From positions 8,971-72,970 of the forward strand of contig CBDDEE010000024.1 of NCBI GenBank assembly GCA_965226855.1: a DNA stretch of 64,000 bases, written 5' to 3'. The notes beneath the pieces were generated by a model. The model was not told the origin of the DNA. It searched no databases and worked only from the letters and a program-made list of their open reading frames with translations. Position numbers and translations under genes: made by a program. Shown here one piece after another: positions 18,292 to 27,172 of the stretch. How positions within the stretch are numbered: position 1 is the stretch's first letter; the number at the start of each line of letters is the position of its first letter. Source of the DNA: Myxococcota bacterium. GTDB taxonomy: Bacteria > Myxococcota_A > UBA9160 > SZUA-336.

Positions 18292-19430
18292 CTAGGCGCC
18301 CGGCTCCTCGAGCGCGTGCCCGCAGCTCGGGCAGAAACGGGCGCCCGGTGCGACATGCGCCTCGCAGCTGGGGCAGGCCGTGGTGCCCTGACCGGCTCCG
18401 CACCGCGGGCAGAAGTTCGCCCCGGCGGGGACGTTCGCCTGGCAGCCCGTACAGCTGGTCGCGGTCGCAACCGGGCTGCCGCAGCCCGGGCAGAAGCCCG
18501 CACCCGGCGGAATCTGACCGGCACATCGGGCACAGGCCGCGCTGCCCGGGGCTGCGCGCCGGCCGTCGCACCGCGGAGGGCCTGCGAGACCATGCCGGCC
18601 ACGCCGGCGCCCATCCCCACACCGGCGCCGAGACCGACCCCGGCTCCTAGCAGGGAGCTGCCCTCTCCGCCCTCCGCCTCGCCGGCCACGCCCAGTGCGT
18701 GTCCGGCCTGATAGCGCAGGAAGTTGTCCATGCTGCCCACGGCCGCGATGCCCGCCCGCTTGTCGATCATCTCCTGCACGTGATCGGGCGGCGAGATCGA
18801 CACGATCTTGAAGTCGCTGACGGTGACGCCGTACTTCTCGAAATCTGAGATCAGGTGCGCTTTGATGCCCGCGCTGAGCTCGTTGTAGTACTGCGCGAGG
18901 TCGAGCACGCTGCGCAGGTGCTCGCCGAGGAAGTCGGCCACGTGCGTGATAATGAAGCTGCGAAAGAACGAGGCGATGCAGTCGGTATACAAGCGCCCGA
19001 CGGTACCGGAGAGCGTATTGAGAAACACCTGGGGGTTCGTGATCCGGAACGAGAACATGCCGAAGGAGCGCAGCCGAACCATCGACAGCTCTTCGTCCCG
19101 AAACAGGATGGGCTCGGTGGTTCCCCACTTCTGGTTTGTGAAGGTCTTGAGGTTCAGGAAGTAAACCTCGGAGCGGAAGGGGCTCGTCAGCCCGGTCGGC
19201 AGCGACAGCACCTTGGTTAGGATGGGCACGTTCAGCGTCGACAGCGTGTGACGTCCCGGCCCGAAGGTGTCCAGAGCCCGTCCGTCTCGGAAGAAGACCG
19301 CGGCCTGGCTCTCACGGACGACGAGCTGCGCCCCCATCTTGATCTCGGCGGAACCGTCCGCCGGATAGCGCGACACGATGGTGTCGCCCGTCGTATCCAG
19401 ACTCTCGATGACCTCGATGAACTGCGACAT
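18292..19430 (-). CDS. SPFH/Band-7 (YdjI-like, Band_7_1) protein with three C-terminal zinc ribbons; as assembled, the two parts are in different frames
   Basis: Frame 1 runs MSQFIEVIESLDTTGDTIVSRYP...SPPDHVQEMIDKRAG...Gly-rich linker. The next frame runs ...CARCAGQIPPGAGFCPGCG...CTGCQANVPAGANFCPRCG...CPSCEAHVAPGARFCPSCGHALEEPGA-stop at 18292. The frame-1 continuation is Arg/Pro junk running into pncB. Confidence 0.7.
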
Positions 19431-19435
19431 ACCGC

Positions 19436-19924
19436 TCACTCTCCGACCAGGCCGAGGATCGCGGCGCGGCGATCTTCGAGCCTGTGCTGCAGCCCTACGA
19501 GCTCGCCGCGAAGTTGCTCGGGGGCGGATGCTTCCCGATCGAAATCCGAGACGAGCGCTTCGATATCGAGGACCAGCTCCAGGTCCAGGCAATAGACCGC
19601 TTGCAGGGCGTCCTCGTCGTCCCACTTGATCTCCGCGAAGAAGCCCGCGTAGCCCTGATCGGCGTGGCGCAAGGCGTTGCGCAGCTTCTCCGCCTGGTTG
19701 ATGGTCTCTTGATAGGTGTCCATCTGGGGGAGCGGCGCCTGCTTGGTGGCGTGGTTGAGCTCCGAGCAGAGGCGCTCGAGCCGGGTCACGCCGAAGTCGC
19801 GGATCAGACGATCCGCCTCGCGACGGTTCTCCCGATCGAAGTAGCCGCGAAAACCGGGGACGTGCTGGACCAGCGCTTCGAGGGCGTTTCTCTGCTCGCG
19901 AATCACTCGATCGAGATCTACCAA
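19436..19924 (-). CDS. hypothetical helical protein (162 aa), probably translationally coupled to the SPFH gene
   Basis: Coding-like composition. The stop lies 5 nt before the SPFH ATG. No family recognised. Confidence 0.6.
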   Translation of the reverse strand: MVDLDRVIREQRNALEALVQHVPGFRGYFDRENRREADRLIRDFGVTRLERLCSELNHATKQAPLPQMDTYQETINQAEKLRNALRHADQGYAGFFAEIKWDDEDALQAVYCLDLELVLDIEALVSDFDREASAPEQLRGELVGLQHRLEDRRAAILGLVGE

Positions 19925-20012
19925 AGCTGTGCTCCCCGTCCGTCAGCGCAGGTCAGCAGCGCCAGGTGCAAAGAGGTGGTTCGGCGAGCCGCGGGTCCAG
20001 CTTGAGGAGCCC

Positions 20013-21628
20013 TCAGGCGAGGTTGAAGCTCTTGGTCAGTCGCGCCGTGGCGGCGCTGCTCTCGACCCGAGCCAGGGGGAACCCCCGCACGCTGGAGCCC
20101 AGTAGTTTCCGACCCGGGTCCCAGTCCTCGCCCCTCCCGACGAGCGCGACGAGAGCCAGAAACGGCGAGCCCAGCAGGGGCTCGGCCTCCGCCAGGTAGC
20201 TGCCGAAGCTGCGGCCGTTCAGGCGGCGCGTGCTCTGGTCATCGTGCAGTGCGAGGAGGGCAAAGCGGGCGAGCTTCCACGCCTCGGCAGCCGAGAGCTC
20301 CACCCCCAGCGCGCTCGTCCGCTCGGCGGCTGCAGGCGATCCGGGTAGAGCTCGGGCTGGCGCCAGTTCACCCAGCCCGTGAGCTGGGCAAACACGTCGT
20401 CCAGCTCGGGGCTGCCGAACACCTGGCGCGCCGGCAGGAAGAACGTGCTCTCCGGCGGGTCCGTCTCCCGGAACTGCTCTGCCAGCGGCTGGGGGGAGAC
20501 CGCGGTCAGCCAGTCCCAGACGCGCGTGTAGAGCGCGTTCTCGACCCGCACACGGAACGGAAACGCCCAGAACGGGAAGTAGAGCAGGCGCCGATCTCGG
20601 CCCGGAGCCTGCGCCCGCTCGGCCCGGTAGGCACGTGCCTGAAGACCCTCCGGAGTCACCGATACGCCGAGCCAGCAGGTGGGACAGAAGACAATGCTCT
20701 CTCTTGACGGCAGCTCCAGCTCCCAGCCGCAGTTTGGACACTGCGACGCGATCGCCCGGATGTCCGGCGGCACCAGCACCTGGGAGATCGGGCGCGGCGG
20801 CAGCGCTCGAAATCGCTTGGCCTCTTCCGACGAAGGCCTGCCCGCGATCCCGTCGAACTGGCGATCGATCAGGTAGTGCTCGGGAGCAGCGTTCCGCCTC
20901 ACGCAGGCATAGCTCATGTGCTTGTAGACCCGGAGCCGGCGCTCGCGCGTCGCGTCGTGAATGCGACTGATGATCTGCGTGTCGGCCCGAACGCGAAACG
21001 CCGTGCGATCCGGACGAGAGTCGAAGTCCGCAGCCGTGTAGGCATCGAGGAAGCGGGGCTCGCTTCCGCCGAAGTGAGCGTCGCGCATGAGCTGCAGCTC
21101 CAGGCCCCGGATCTTGAGCCCGCGGTCCCGCAGGTTGAAGTCGGAGGTATCGTAAAGGCGGGCCAGCTCCTCCACGAGGAAGGCCTGGAGGAACGACTCC
21201 TTCCGGCCGCGTCGCCTGCCCAGGATTCCCTGCATGACGGTCTGCTCGCGAACCTCGTACGGGGCGAAGAAGTCGATCGTCTCCACGAGCTCGAGCGAGG
21301 CACGCAGCTCCGCCTGGAACGCCTTCACCTTGGCCTCGACGAGCGCGGGGAGCTCCAGGCTCACGCCATCCTCGAGCCTGTAACGTCCGCGCAGGCGGGA
21401 GCGCAGCTCGTCCGACTCCCTCGCGATGATCACGTCGAGCACCGGGAGGTTCCGTCCGGAGCTGACGACGAACACCTCGCCGCCCAGCTCGCGCTTCGAA
21501 AGCAGGAGAGACCCGCAGTACTCGCAGTGGAACGAGTGGTCCCAGATGCCAGCGCGAAACGGACCGCCGCACTCGCTGCACGAGCCCTTTACGACGAGCT
21601 CGGGATGAGACTCCTCGGACGCGCCCAT
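20013..21628 (-). CDS. hypothetical large protein with two CxxC...CxxC zinc-ribbon motifs; an apparent 1-nt frameshift near 20300-20345
   Basis: GSCSECGGPF...HCEYCG and QCPNCGWELELPSRESIVFCPTCW. The tail of track ORF 20219..21628 turns to junk, while ORF 20013..21581 carries a coding-like C-terminus (...GVELSAAEAWKLARFALLALHDDQS...). Confidence 0.6.
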
Positions 21629-21677
21629 CCGTACCGGATCGGCCCGTCGTGCCTGGACCTGAGGCTGCGGCCCGAGC

Positions 21678-22611
21678 TCAGGTCCAGGCGTGCGCGACGG
21701 GCAGGACCTCCTCGACGAGGCGCTGTGTCTGCTCGCTGATCGCCCGGTCTCCCCGCGCGATCGGAATCAGCACGAACTTGAAAGCGCCGGCCTCTCGGTA
21801 CTCGCGGATGCGGTCGAGAATGGCCGCGGCGTCGCCGACCGCGAAGTAGCTGCGGGGATCGGCTCCGCCCGGGAGTCTGCCCCGCGCCCGCGCGATTTTT
21901 TTCGACCTCCGGGTCGTCCCAGCTCCCGAAGAAGAACGGGACGCCGGCACCGTAGTGATCCGCGTCGATCTTGCGCCCCGTCTCGTCGGCAGCCTTCTTG
22001 ATCGCTGCGACCACGGGCTTGACCTGCGCTGGAGACTGAATGCCGGCGAGCCAGCCCGTGCCGAGTCGAGCCGTGCGGCGGATCGCAGCCTTGCTGCTGC
22101 CGCCGATCCACAGCGGCAGCGGCTTCTGGACAGGCTGCGGCGCGATGCTGGCCTCGTCGTAGTGGAAGTGCTCACCCTCGAAGCTGACACGCTCCTCGGT
22201 CCAGAGTCGGCGCATGATCTCCAGGGCCTCGTCTGCCATGCGTCCACGTCGTCTCGGGCTCCTGCCCGTCGCCTTCCACTCCGGGGCGTTGTCCCCACCG
22301 ACTCCGAACACAGGCAGAAGCCGCCCGTCACTCAGGTAGTCGATGGTCGCGCACTGCTTCGCGAGCAGCAGCGGGTCACGAAGGCTCACGACCACCGCGT
22401 TCATCCCGAACTTGAGCCTGTCCGTCGCCCCGGCCAGCGCCGCCATCGCGCTCATGGCCTCGAGGAAGGGCTGCGTCCCCGTCAGCCGGTCTGTTTGCCA
22501 CAACGAGTCGACGTTGCTCGATTCCAGCATGTCGACCCAGCGCCAGTACGCGCCGGCGCTCGAGAAGGGAAACGTCGCCGTCCCCACCCCGATCCGAACC
22601 TTGAGGCCCAT
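21678..22611 (-). CDS. luciferase-like (LLM class) oxidoreductase; frame broken in an A7/T7 run at 21896-21902
   Basis: MGLKVRIGVGTATFPF...LPLWIGGSSKAAIRRTARLGTGW...GSWDDPEVEK | (frame change) IARARGRLPGGADPRSYFAVGDAAAILDRIREYREAGAFKFVLIP. Confidence 0.75.
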
Positions 22612-22679
22612 CAACACTCCCCGACCCCGTCCCGGGCCCTTACCCCATGCTATTCGATCTTCCGAGCCGAACGCGAGCC

Positions 22680-22710
22680 GTAGAACTTGGGAACGGTCCC
22701 CAAGTTCTAC
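22680..22710. repeat. short palindromic member of the repeat family (GTAGAACTTGGG-aacggtc-CCCAAGTTCTAC); probable terminator
   Basis: 12-bp perfect stem. It contains the TAG stop (22707-22709) of the carboxyltransferase gene and shares the GAACTTGGG..CCCAAGTTC core with 62847-62925. Confidence 0.6.
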
Positions 22711-24263
22711 GGGCGGACGGTGTAAGAGCGGGGGCCGAGGTGTTGTTCCAGGTGGGGCTGGATCCATTCGATCCAGTTGCAAAGGGCCGGGCGGGTGGTG
22801 CGGGGGTCGATCAGGTCCGAGACGCCGAAGCCCTCGGCACGCGCGTAGGGGGAGCGGCGGCTCGCGAGCTGCTCTTCGAGCTCGCGGCGCTTGGCTTCGG
22901 GATCGGGGGCGGCGGCGATCTCGCGGCGGAAGGCGACGGCGACTCCACCCTCGAGCGGTAACGCGCCGGACTCGGCAGACGGCCAGGCCAGCGTGTGTCC
23001 GTACGGTCCGAAGTGTGCGCCGCCGGCCACGCCGAAGGTCTTGCGCACCATGACCGTGGCCCAGGGGATGGTCGACTGCATGATCGCGAACAGGGTGGCG
23101 GTCCCGTAGCGAATCGTGGCCGAGCGCTCGGCCTCCGGGCCGATCATGAAGCCGGGCTCGTCGGCAAGGCTCACGATCGGCAGGTGGAACGTGTCGCACA
23201 GGTCGACGAAGCGCGTCACCTTCTGAGAGCCCGCCGCCGTCATGGCACCCGCGTAGAAGTAGGGGTCGTTCGCGAGCACCCCGACCGGCTGGCCGTTCAT
23301 GCGCGCCAGGCCGGTGATCTGGCTCTGGCCGTAGCCTGCCGACATCTCGAAGAAGCTGCCTCGGTCGACGAGGAGCTCGATGATCCTGCGCATCTTGTGG
23401 GGCTTGCGGCGCTCCCGGGGGACGATGGACAGGAGCTCTTCCTCGCAGCGGTCCGACGGGTCGTCGCAGCTCAAAACGGGAGCACGTTCCCAGATGTTTG
23501 TCGGCAGATAGCTCAGAAAGCGCCGGGCCTGCTCGAAGACGCCGCGCTCGTCGGGAGCCACGTTGTCGACCACGCCGCTCTTCAGGTGCACCTGCGGGCC
23601 GCCGAGCTCTCCCTTGGAGAGCGAGTGTCCCGTAGCGCGCTCGACGAGCGCAGGGCCGCCAACCATCACCTGGGCCGTGTCCCTGGCCATGATGGAGAGA
23701 TGGGAGGCAACAAGCCGCGCGGCTGGAAGACCCGCGACGGCCCCCATGGCACCGGAGACCACGGGCACCATCCCCATCGCACGCATCACGCTCATGAACC
23801 GCGGCGGTGTCGCTGGCGATTCGACGGTAGCCGCGGAGGTCGGTCCCCGTGCCGGGGCCACGCTGCCGCCACCTCCCTCGAGGAACCGAACCAGCGGCAC
23901 GCGGTAGCGGCAGGCGAGCTCTTCCGCCATCACGGACTTGCGGAAGCCCGCGGGAGAGGGCGAGCCCCCGCGCAGTGTGAAGTCTTCGCCGCCCACGGCG
24001 ACGAGGCGTCGATCGATACGCCCGAGGCCGAGTACGTAGTTCGCCGGACTGAAGTCGATCAGCTCACCCCCGTCATCGAGCTCGGGCACGCCCGCGATCG
24101 GCCCCTGCTCCTGGAACGTGCCGGGGTCGAGCAGGCCATCGATGCGCTCGCGAATCGTCAGCTTGCCCCGCTCGTGCTGGGCTGCGACCGCCTCGTCCCC
24201 GCCCTGCAGAAGAGCGAGCCGACGGCGTTGCTCGATTCCGTCCACCTCGGGCTTCCAGCTCAT
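22707..24263 (-). CDS. acyl-CoA carboxylase carboxyltransferase subunit (propionyl-CoA carboxylase beta family)
   Basis: MSWKPEVDGIEQRRRLALLQGGDEAVAAQHERGKLTIRERID...GGEDFTLRGGS...ANDPYFYAGAM...; start reassigned to ATG 24263. Confidence 0.85.
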   Translation of the reverse strand: MSWKPEVDGIEQRRRLALLQGGDEAVAAQHERGKLTIRERIDGLLDPGTFQEQGPIAGVPELDDGGELIDFSPANYVLGLGRIDRRLVAVGGEDFTLRGGSPSPAGFRKSVMAEELACRYRVPLVRFLEGGGGSVAPARGPTSAATVESPATPPRFMSVMRAMGMVPVVSGAMGAVAGLPAARLVASHLSIMARDTAQVMVGGPALVERATGHSLSKGELGGPQVHLKSGVVDNVAPDERGVFEQARRFLSYLPTNIWERAPVLSCDDPSDRCEEELLSIVPRERRKPHKMRRIIELLVDRGSFFEMSAGYGQSQITGLARMNGQPVGVLANDPYFYAGAMTAAGSQKVTRFVDLCDTFHLPIVSLADEPGFMIGPEAERSATIRYGTATLFAIMQSTIPWATVMVRKTFGVAGGAHFGPYGHTLAWPSAESGALPLEGGVAVAFRREIAAAPDPEAKRRELEEQLASRRSPYARAEGFGVSDLIDPRTTRPALCNWIEWIQPHLEQHLGPRSYTVRP

Positions 24264-24308
24264 GCGGGGGGATACTAACGGCTCTGCTACTCTGCCGTCG
24301 GGGGAAGC

Positions 24309-25712
24309 ATGATGGCGCAGCTCGAGCAGGCCCACGAGGCGCTGGAGCAGGGCTTCGATCGAGCGTTCGCGCAGCTGTGCGAGCTTGCTCGCATTCCGGG
24401 TGTGTCCGCAGCGGGCTTCGACCCGTCGCAGGTGGCGCGTTCTGCGGACGCAGTAGCTGAGCTGCTGAAGGAGACGGGGCTTTCGAAGGTGGAGCTCCTG
24501 CGGCTCCGCGGCGCCCACCCCTACGTCGTCGGAGAGCGCGCGGACCACGGACCCGATGCGACGACCGTGCTGATCTACGCGCATCACGACGTTCAGCCCC
24601 CGGGGCGTCCTGAGCTGTGGGAATCGCCGCCCTTCGAGCCTACCTACCGCGGGGACGGTCGCCTGTACGGGCGCGGAGTGGTGGACGACAAGGCGGGGCT
24701 GATGCTGCACCTGGCGGCGCTGCGCGCGTGGCTCGAGTCGAGCTCCGAGCTTCCGACGAACGTCAAGCTGATCGTCGAGGGCGAAGAGGAGATCGGCTCT
24801 CCGCACCTCGCGGAGTTTCTGCACGCTCACCGCGAACGTCTCTCCGCCGACGTGATCATCCTCTCGGACACTGCGAACCTGGAGACGGGCCTGCCCTCGC
24901 TCACGACGAGCCTGCGCGGTCTCGTTGCGGTGGACGTGACCGTGCGTGCCCTGGACCACGCGATCCACAGCGGCATGTGGGGTGGTCCGGTTGCAGACAC
25001 GGCAACCTGTCTGGTTCGCGTGTTGGCGCGTCTGGTGGACGACCGCGGTGTGATTCAGGTGCCCGGGATCTACGACGACGTCGACGTGTTGGACGGGCCC
25101 GAACGCGAGCGGATCGCCCGCCTGCCGTTCGACGCAGCGCGCTTCAGAGACGAAGCCGGACTGGTCGCGACTGGAGATTTCACTGGCGAGAGCGAGTACT
25201 CGGTGTGGGAGCGTCTCTGGTGGCGGCCCAGTCTCGCGATCACCGCCCTGGAGGGCGTGTCGTTGCAGGGCGCTGCGAACCAGCTCATGGACGTTGCGCG
25301 CGCCCGAGTCGGGCTGCGCCTTGCCCCCGGTCAGGACCCGACCCGCGCCGCAGGGCTGCTCCGCGAGTTCCTCGAACGTGACCCGCCCGGAGGGGTGCAG
25401 GTGGAGACGCAGGTCGAGGCTGTAGCTGGCGGGTGGCGAACGCAGCCGCGGGGTCCGGCGTTCGACGCGGCCCGGCGGGCGCTAGCTGCCGGCTTCGGCC
25501 GCGAGCCCGTCGAGATCGGCTGCGGGGGCACGATCCCCTTCGTGGGCCCATTCAGCGAGGTGCTCGGCGGGGTGCCGGCCTTGCTCCTCGGACTCGAGGA
25601 CCCGATCTGCAACGCGCACGGAGAGAACGAGAGCCTCGACACGGCGGACTTCCGTCGCGCGGCGCGAGCCTCCGTTCACCTGCTCCAGGAGCTGGCTTCG
25701 CTCAAGCGCTGA
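24309..25712 (+). CDS. M20-family metallopeptidase (dipeptidase/ArgE/DapE-like)
   Basis: YAHHDVQP...GRGVVDDKAG...IVEGEEEIGS motifs. Confidence 0.8.
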   Translation: MMAQLEQAHEALEQGFDRAFAQLCELARIPGVSAAGFDPSQVARSADAVAELLKETGLSKVELLRLRGAHPYVVGERADHGPDATTVLIYAHHDVQPPGRPELWESPPFEPTYRGDGRLYGRGVVDDKAGLMLHLAALRAWLESSSELPTNVKLIVEGEEEIGSPHLAEFLHAHRERLSADVIILSDTANLETGLPSLTTSLRGLVAVDVTVRALDHAIHSGMWGGPVADTATCLVRVLARLVDDRGVIQVPGIYDDVDVLDGPERERIARLPFDAARFRDEAGLVATGDFTGESEYSVWERLWWRPSLAITALEGVSLQGAANQLMDVARARVGLRLAPGQDPTRAAGLLREFLERDPPGGVQVETQVEAVAGGWRTQPRGPAFDAARRALAAGFGREPVEIGCGGTIPFVGPFSEVLGGVPALLLGLEDPICNAHGENESLDTADFRRAARASVHLLQELASLKR

Positions 25713-26280
25713 GGCGCTCCTCTTCGCGATCGAAGAACGCCTCGAGGCCCTCGCGCACCAGGTCCTCGGTCTCGGAGATCTGCTCCGACAGCTCGTCGCT
25801 CATATCCCCCATAGCCTCGATGTAGCCGCGGCCCTCCGCCAGGCCTTGCTCGAAGCCGCGCTGTACTTCCTGCTTGAACCGGGCGAAGTCCTCCAGGTCT
25901 GCGTCGGGATTGCTCATCCGAAACGCCCGGGTGATGTAGCCGGTGATGCCCCCCAGAATGCGCTCCGCCGTGGCGGCCGCCGAGAAGTCGTCCGGGATCT
26001 CGATCGATTCGAGATACTCGCTGCGTCCCGCCTGCTCGTAGACCGGGTAGTCCAGGCCGAAGATCCCTTCCTCGACGCCACCGAAGGTTGCACGCAGCAG
26101 CTCGGCCTCGAGCCGCAGCCTGTTTCCGCGGGCGGAGATCTCGAGCTCTTGCGTCTCCCCGGGCGTCGCTTCCCTTACTTTGCGTGCGATCTGGGTCTTC
26201 TTGGGCTGGCTATCGTCGAAGATCAGGCGTTCCAATCCCCTGGAGAGCTCGGGTCCGGCCTTGGGTGTGTAGATGGGCAT
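25702..26280 (-). CDS. hypothetical acidic protein
   Basis: Starts MPIYTPKAGPE with a GGAGGCGAGG RBS. Coding-like composition; no family recognised with confidence. Confidence 0.5.
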   Translation of the reverse strand: MPIYTPKAGPELSRGLERLIFDDSQPKKTQIARKVREATPGETQELEISARGNRLRLEAELLRATFGGVEEGIFGLDYPVYEQAGRSEYLESIEIPDDFSAAATAERILGGITGYITRAFRMSNPDADLEDFARFKQEVQRGFEQGLAEGRGYIEAMGDMSDELSEQISETEDLVREGLEAFFDREEERLSA

Positions 26281-26392
26281 CACCTCGCCTCCGTAGCGGC
26301 AGTGTCGCTCCTTCATCGGTTGTCGATTGGCGAACTTGAGCACGGGCTTTGCGAACCGGCACCTCCTGTCGCGGGGCGGTACGCTGTTCGCC

Positions 26393-27172
26393 GTGATCCG
26401 GCTCGAGGATCTGACGAAGCGCTACGGCACAACCCTGGCGGTCGACGGCCTGTCACTGGAGGTGGGTCGGGGGGAGCTCCTGGTCCTCCTCGGGAGCTCG
26501 GGCTGCGGCAAGACCACGACGCTCAAAATGATCAATCGTCTGATCGAGCCCACGAGCGGTCGGGTCTGGATCGGCGGCCAGGCTGCGAGCAGCCTGGAGC
26601 CGCACCTGCTGCGCCGACAGATCGGTTACTGCTTTCAGCAGATCGGGCTGTTCCCGCACCTCTCCGTGACGGAGAACATAGAGGTCACGCCTCGTCTGCT
26701 CGGTTGGTCCGAAGAGGAGCGCGGGGTCCGGGTCGATGAGCTCCTCGCCCTGGTGGAGCTCGAGGCTGAGAGCTTTCGGGAACGCATGCCCAACGAGCTC
26801 TCCGGTGGCCAGCAGCAGCGCGTCGGCATCGCCCGAGCCCTGGCCGCGCGTCCCGAGGTCCTGCTGATGGACGAGCCTTTCGGCTCGCTCGATCCGCTCA
26901 CGCGGGATCGGCTGCAACAGCGCCTGAAGGCGATCCAGCGTGAGCTTGCGATCAGCATCGTCTTCGTCACGCACGACATGGTCGAGGCGCTCGTGCTCGG
27001 TGATCGAATCGCTGTGATGGATGCGGGGCGCCTCGTGCAGGTCGGCTCGCCGCAGGAGCTGCTGCTGGCTCCCGACGGCCCCATCGTGGTCGCGCTCATG
27101 GAGACTCCACGCCGCCAGGTCGAGCAGGTAGAAGCTCTGCTCGGCGTCGGTCCACGAAGCGGACCGGCATGA
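26393..27172 (+). CDS. ABC transporter ATP-binding protein (osmoprotectant/glycine-betaine type)
   Basis: Walker A GSSGCGKTT, signature LSGGQQQR, Walker B LLMDEP. The start (GTG 26393) is uncertain. Confidence 0.8.
   Translation: MIRLEDLTKRYGTTLAVDGLSLEVGRGELLVLLGSSGCGKTTTLKMINRLIEPTSGRVWIGGQAASSLEPHLLRRQIGYCFQQIGLFPHLSVTENIEVTPRLLGWSEEERGVRVDELLALVELEAESFRERMPNELSGGQQQRVGIARALAARPEVLLMDEPFGSLDPLTRDRLQQRLKAIQRELAISIVFVTHDMVEALVLGDRIAVMDAGRLVQVGSPQELLLAPDGPIVVALMETPRRQVEQVEALLGVGPRSGPA

Noticed and set aside
18292-18560. Independent small zinc-ribbon gene downstream of the SPFH gene.
   Set aside because: There is no ATG, GTG or TTG in that frame near the first ribbon. The ribbon is the canonical C-terminal domain of this SPFH subfamily.
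21896-21902. Programmed ribosomal frameshift at the A-rich heptamer A_AAA_AAT.
   Set aside because: The downstream frame is +1, not -1. Five other genes in the window show simple homopolymer indels, so an artefact is more likely. It is left open in the finding.
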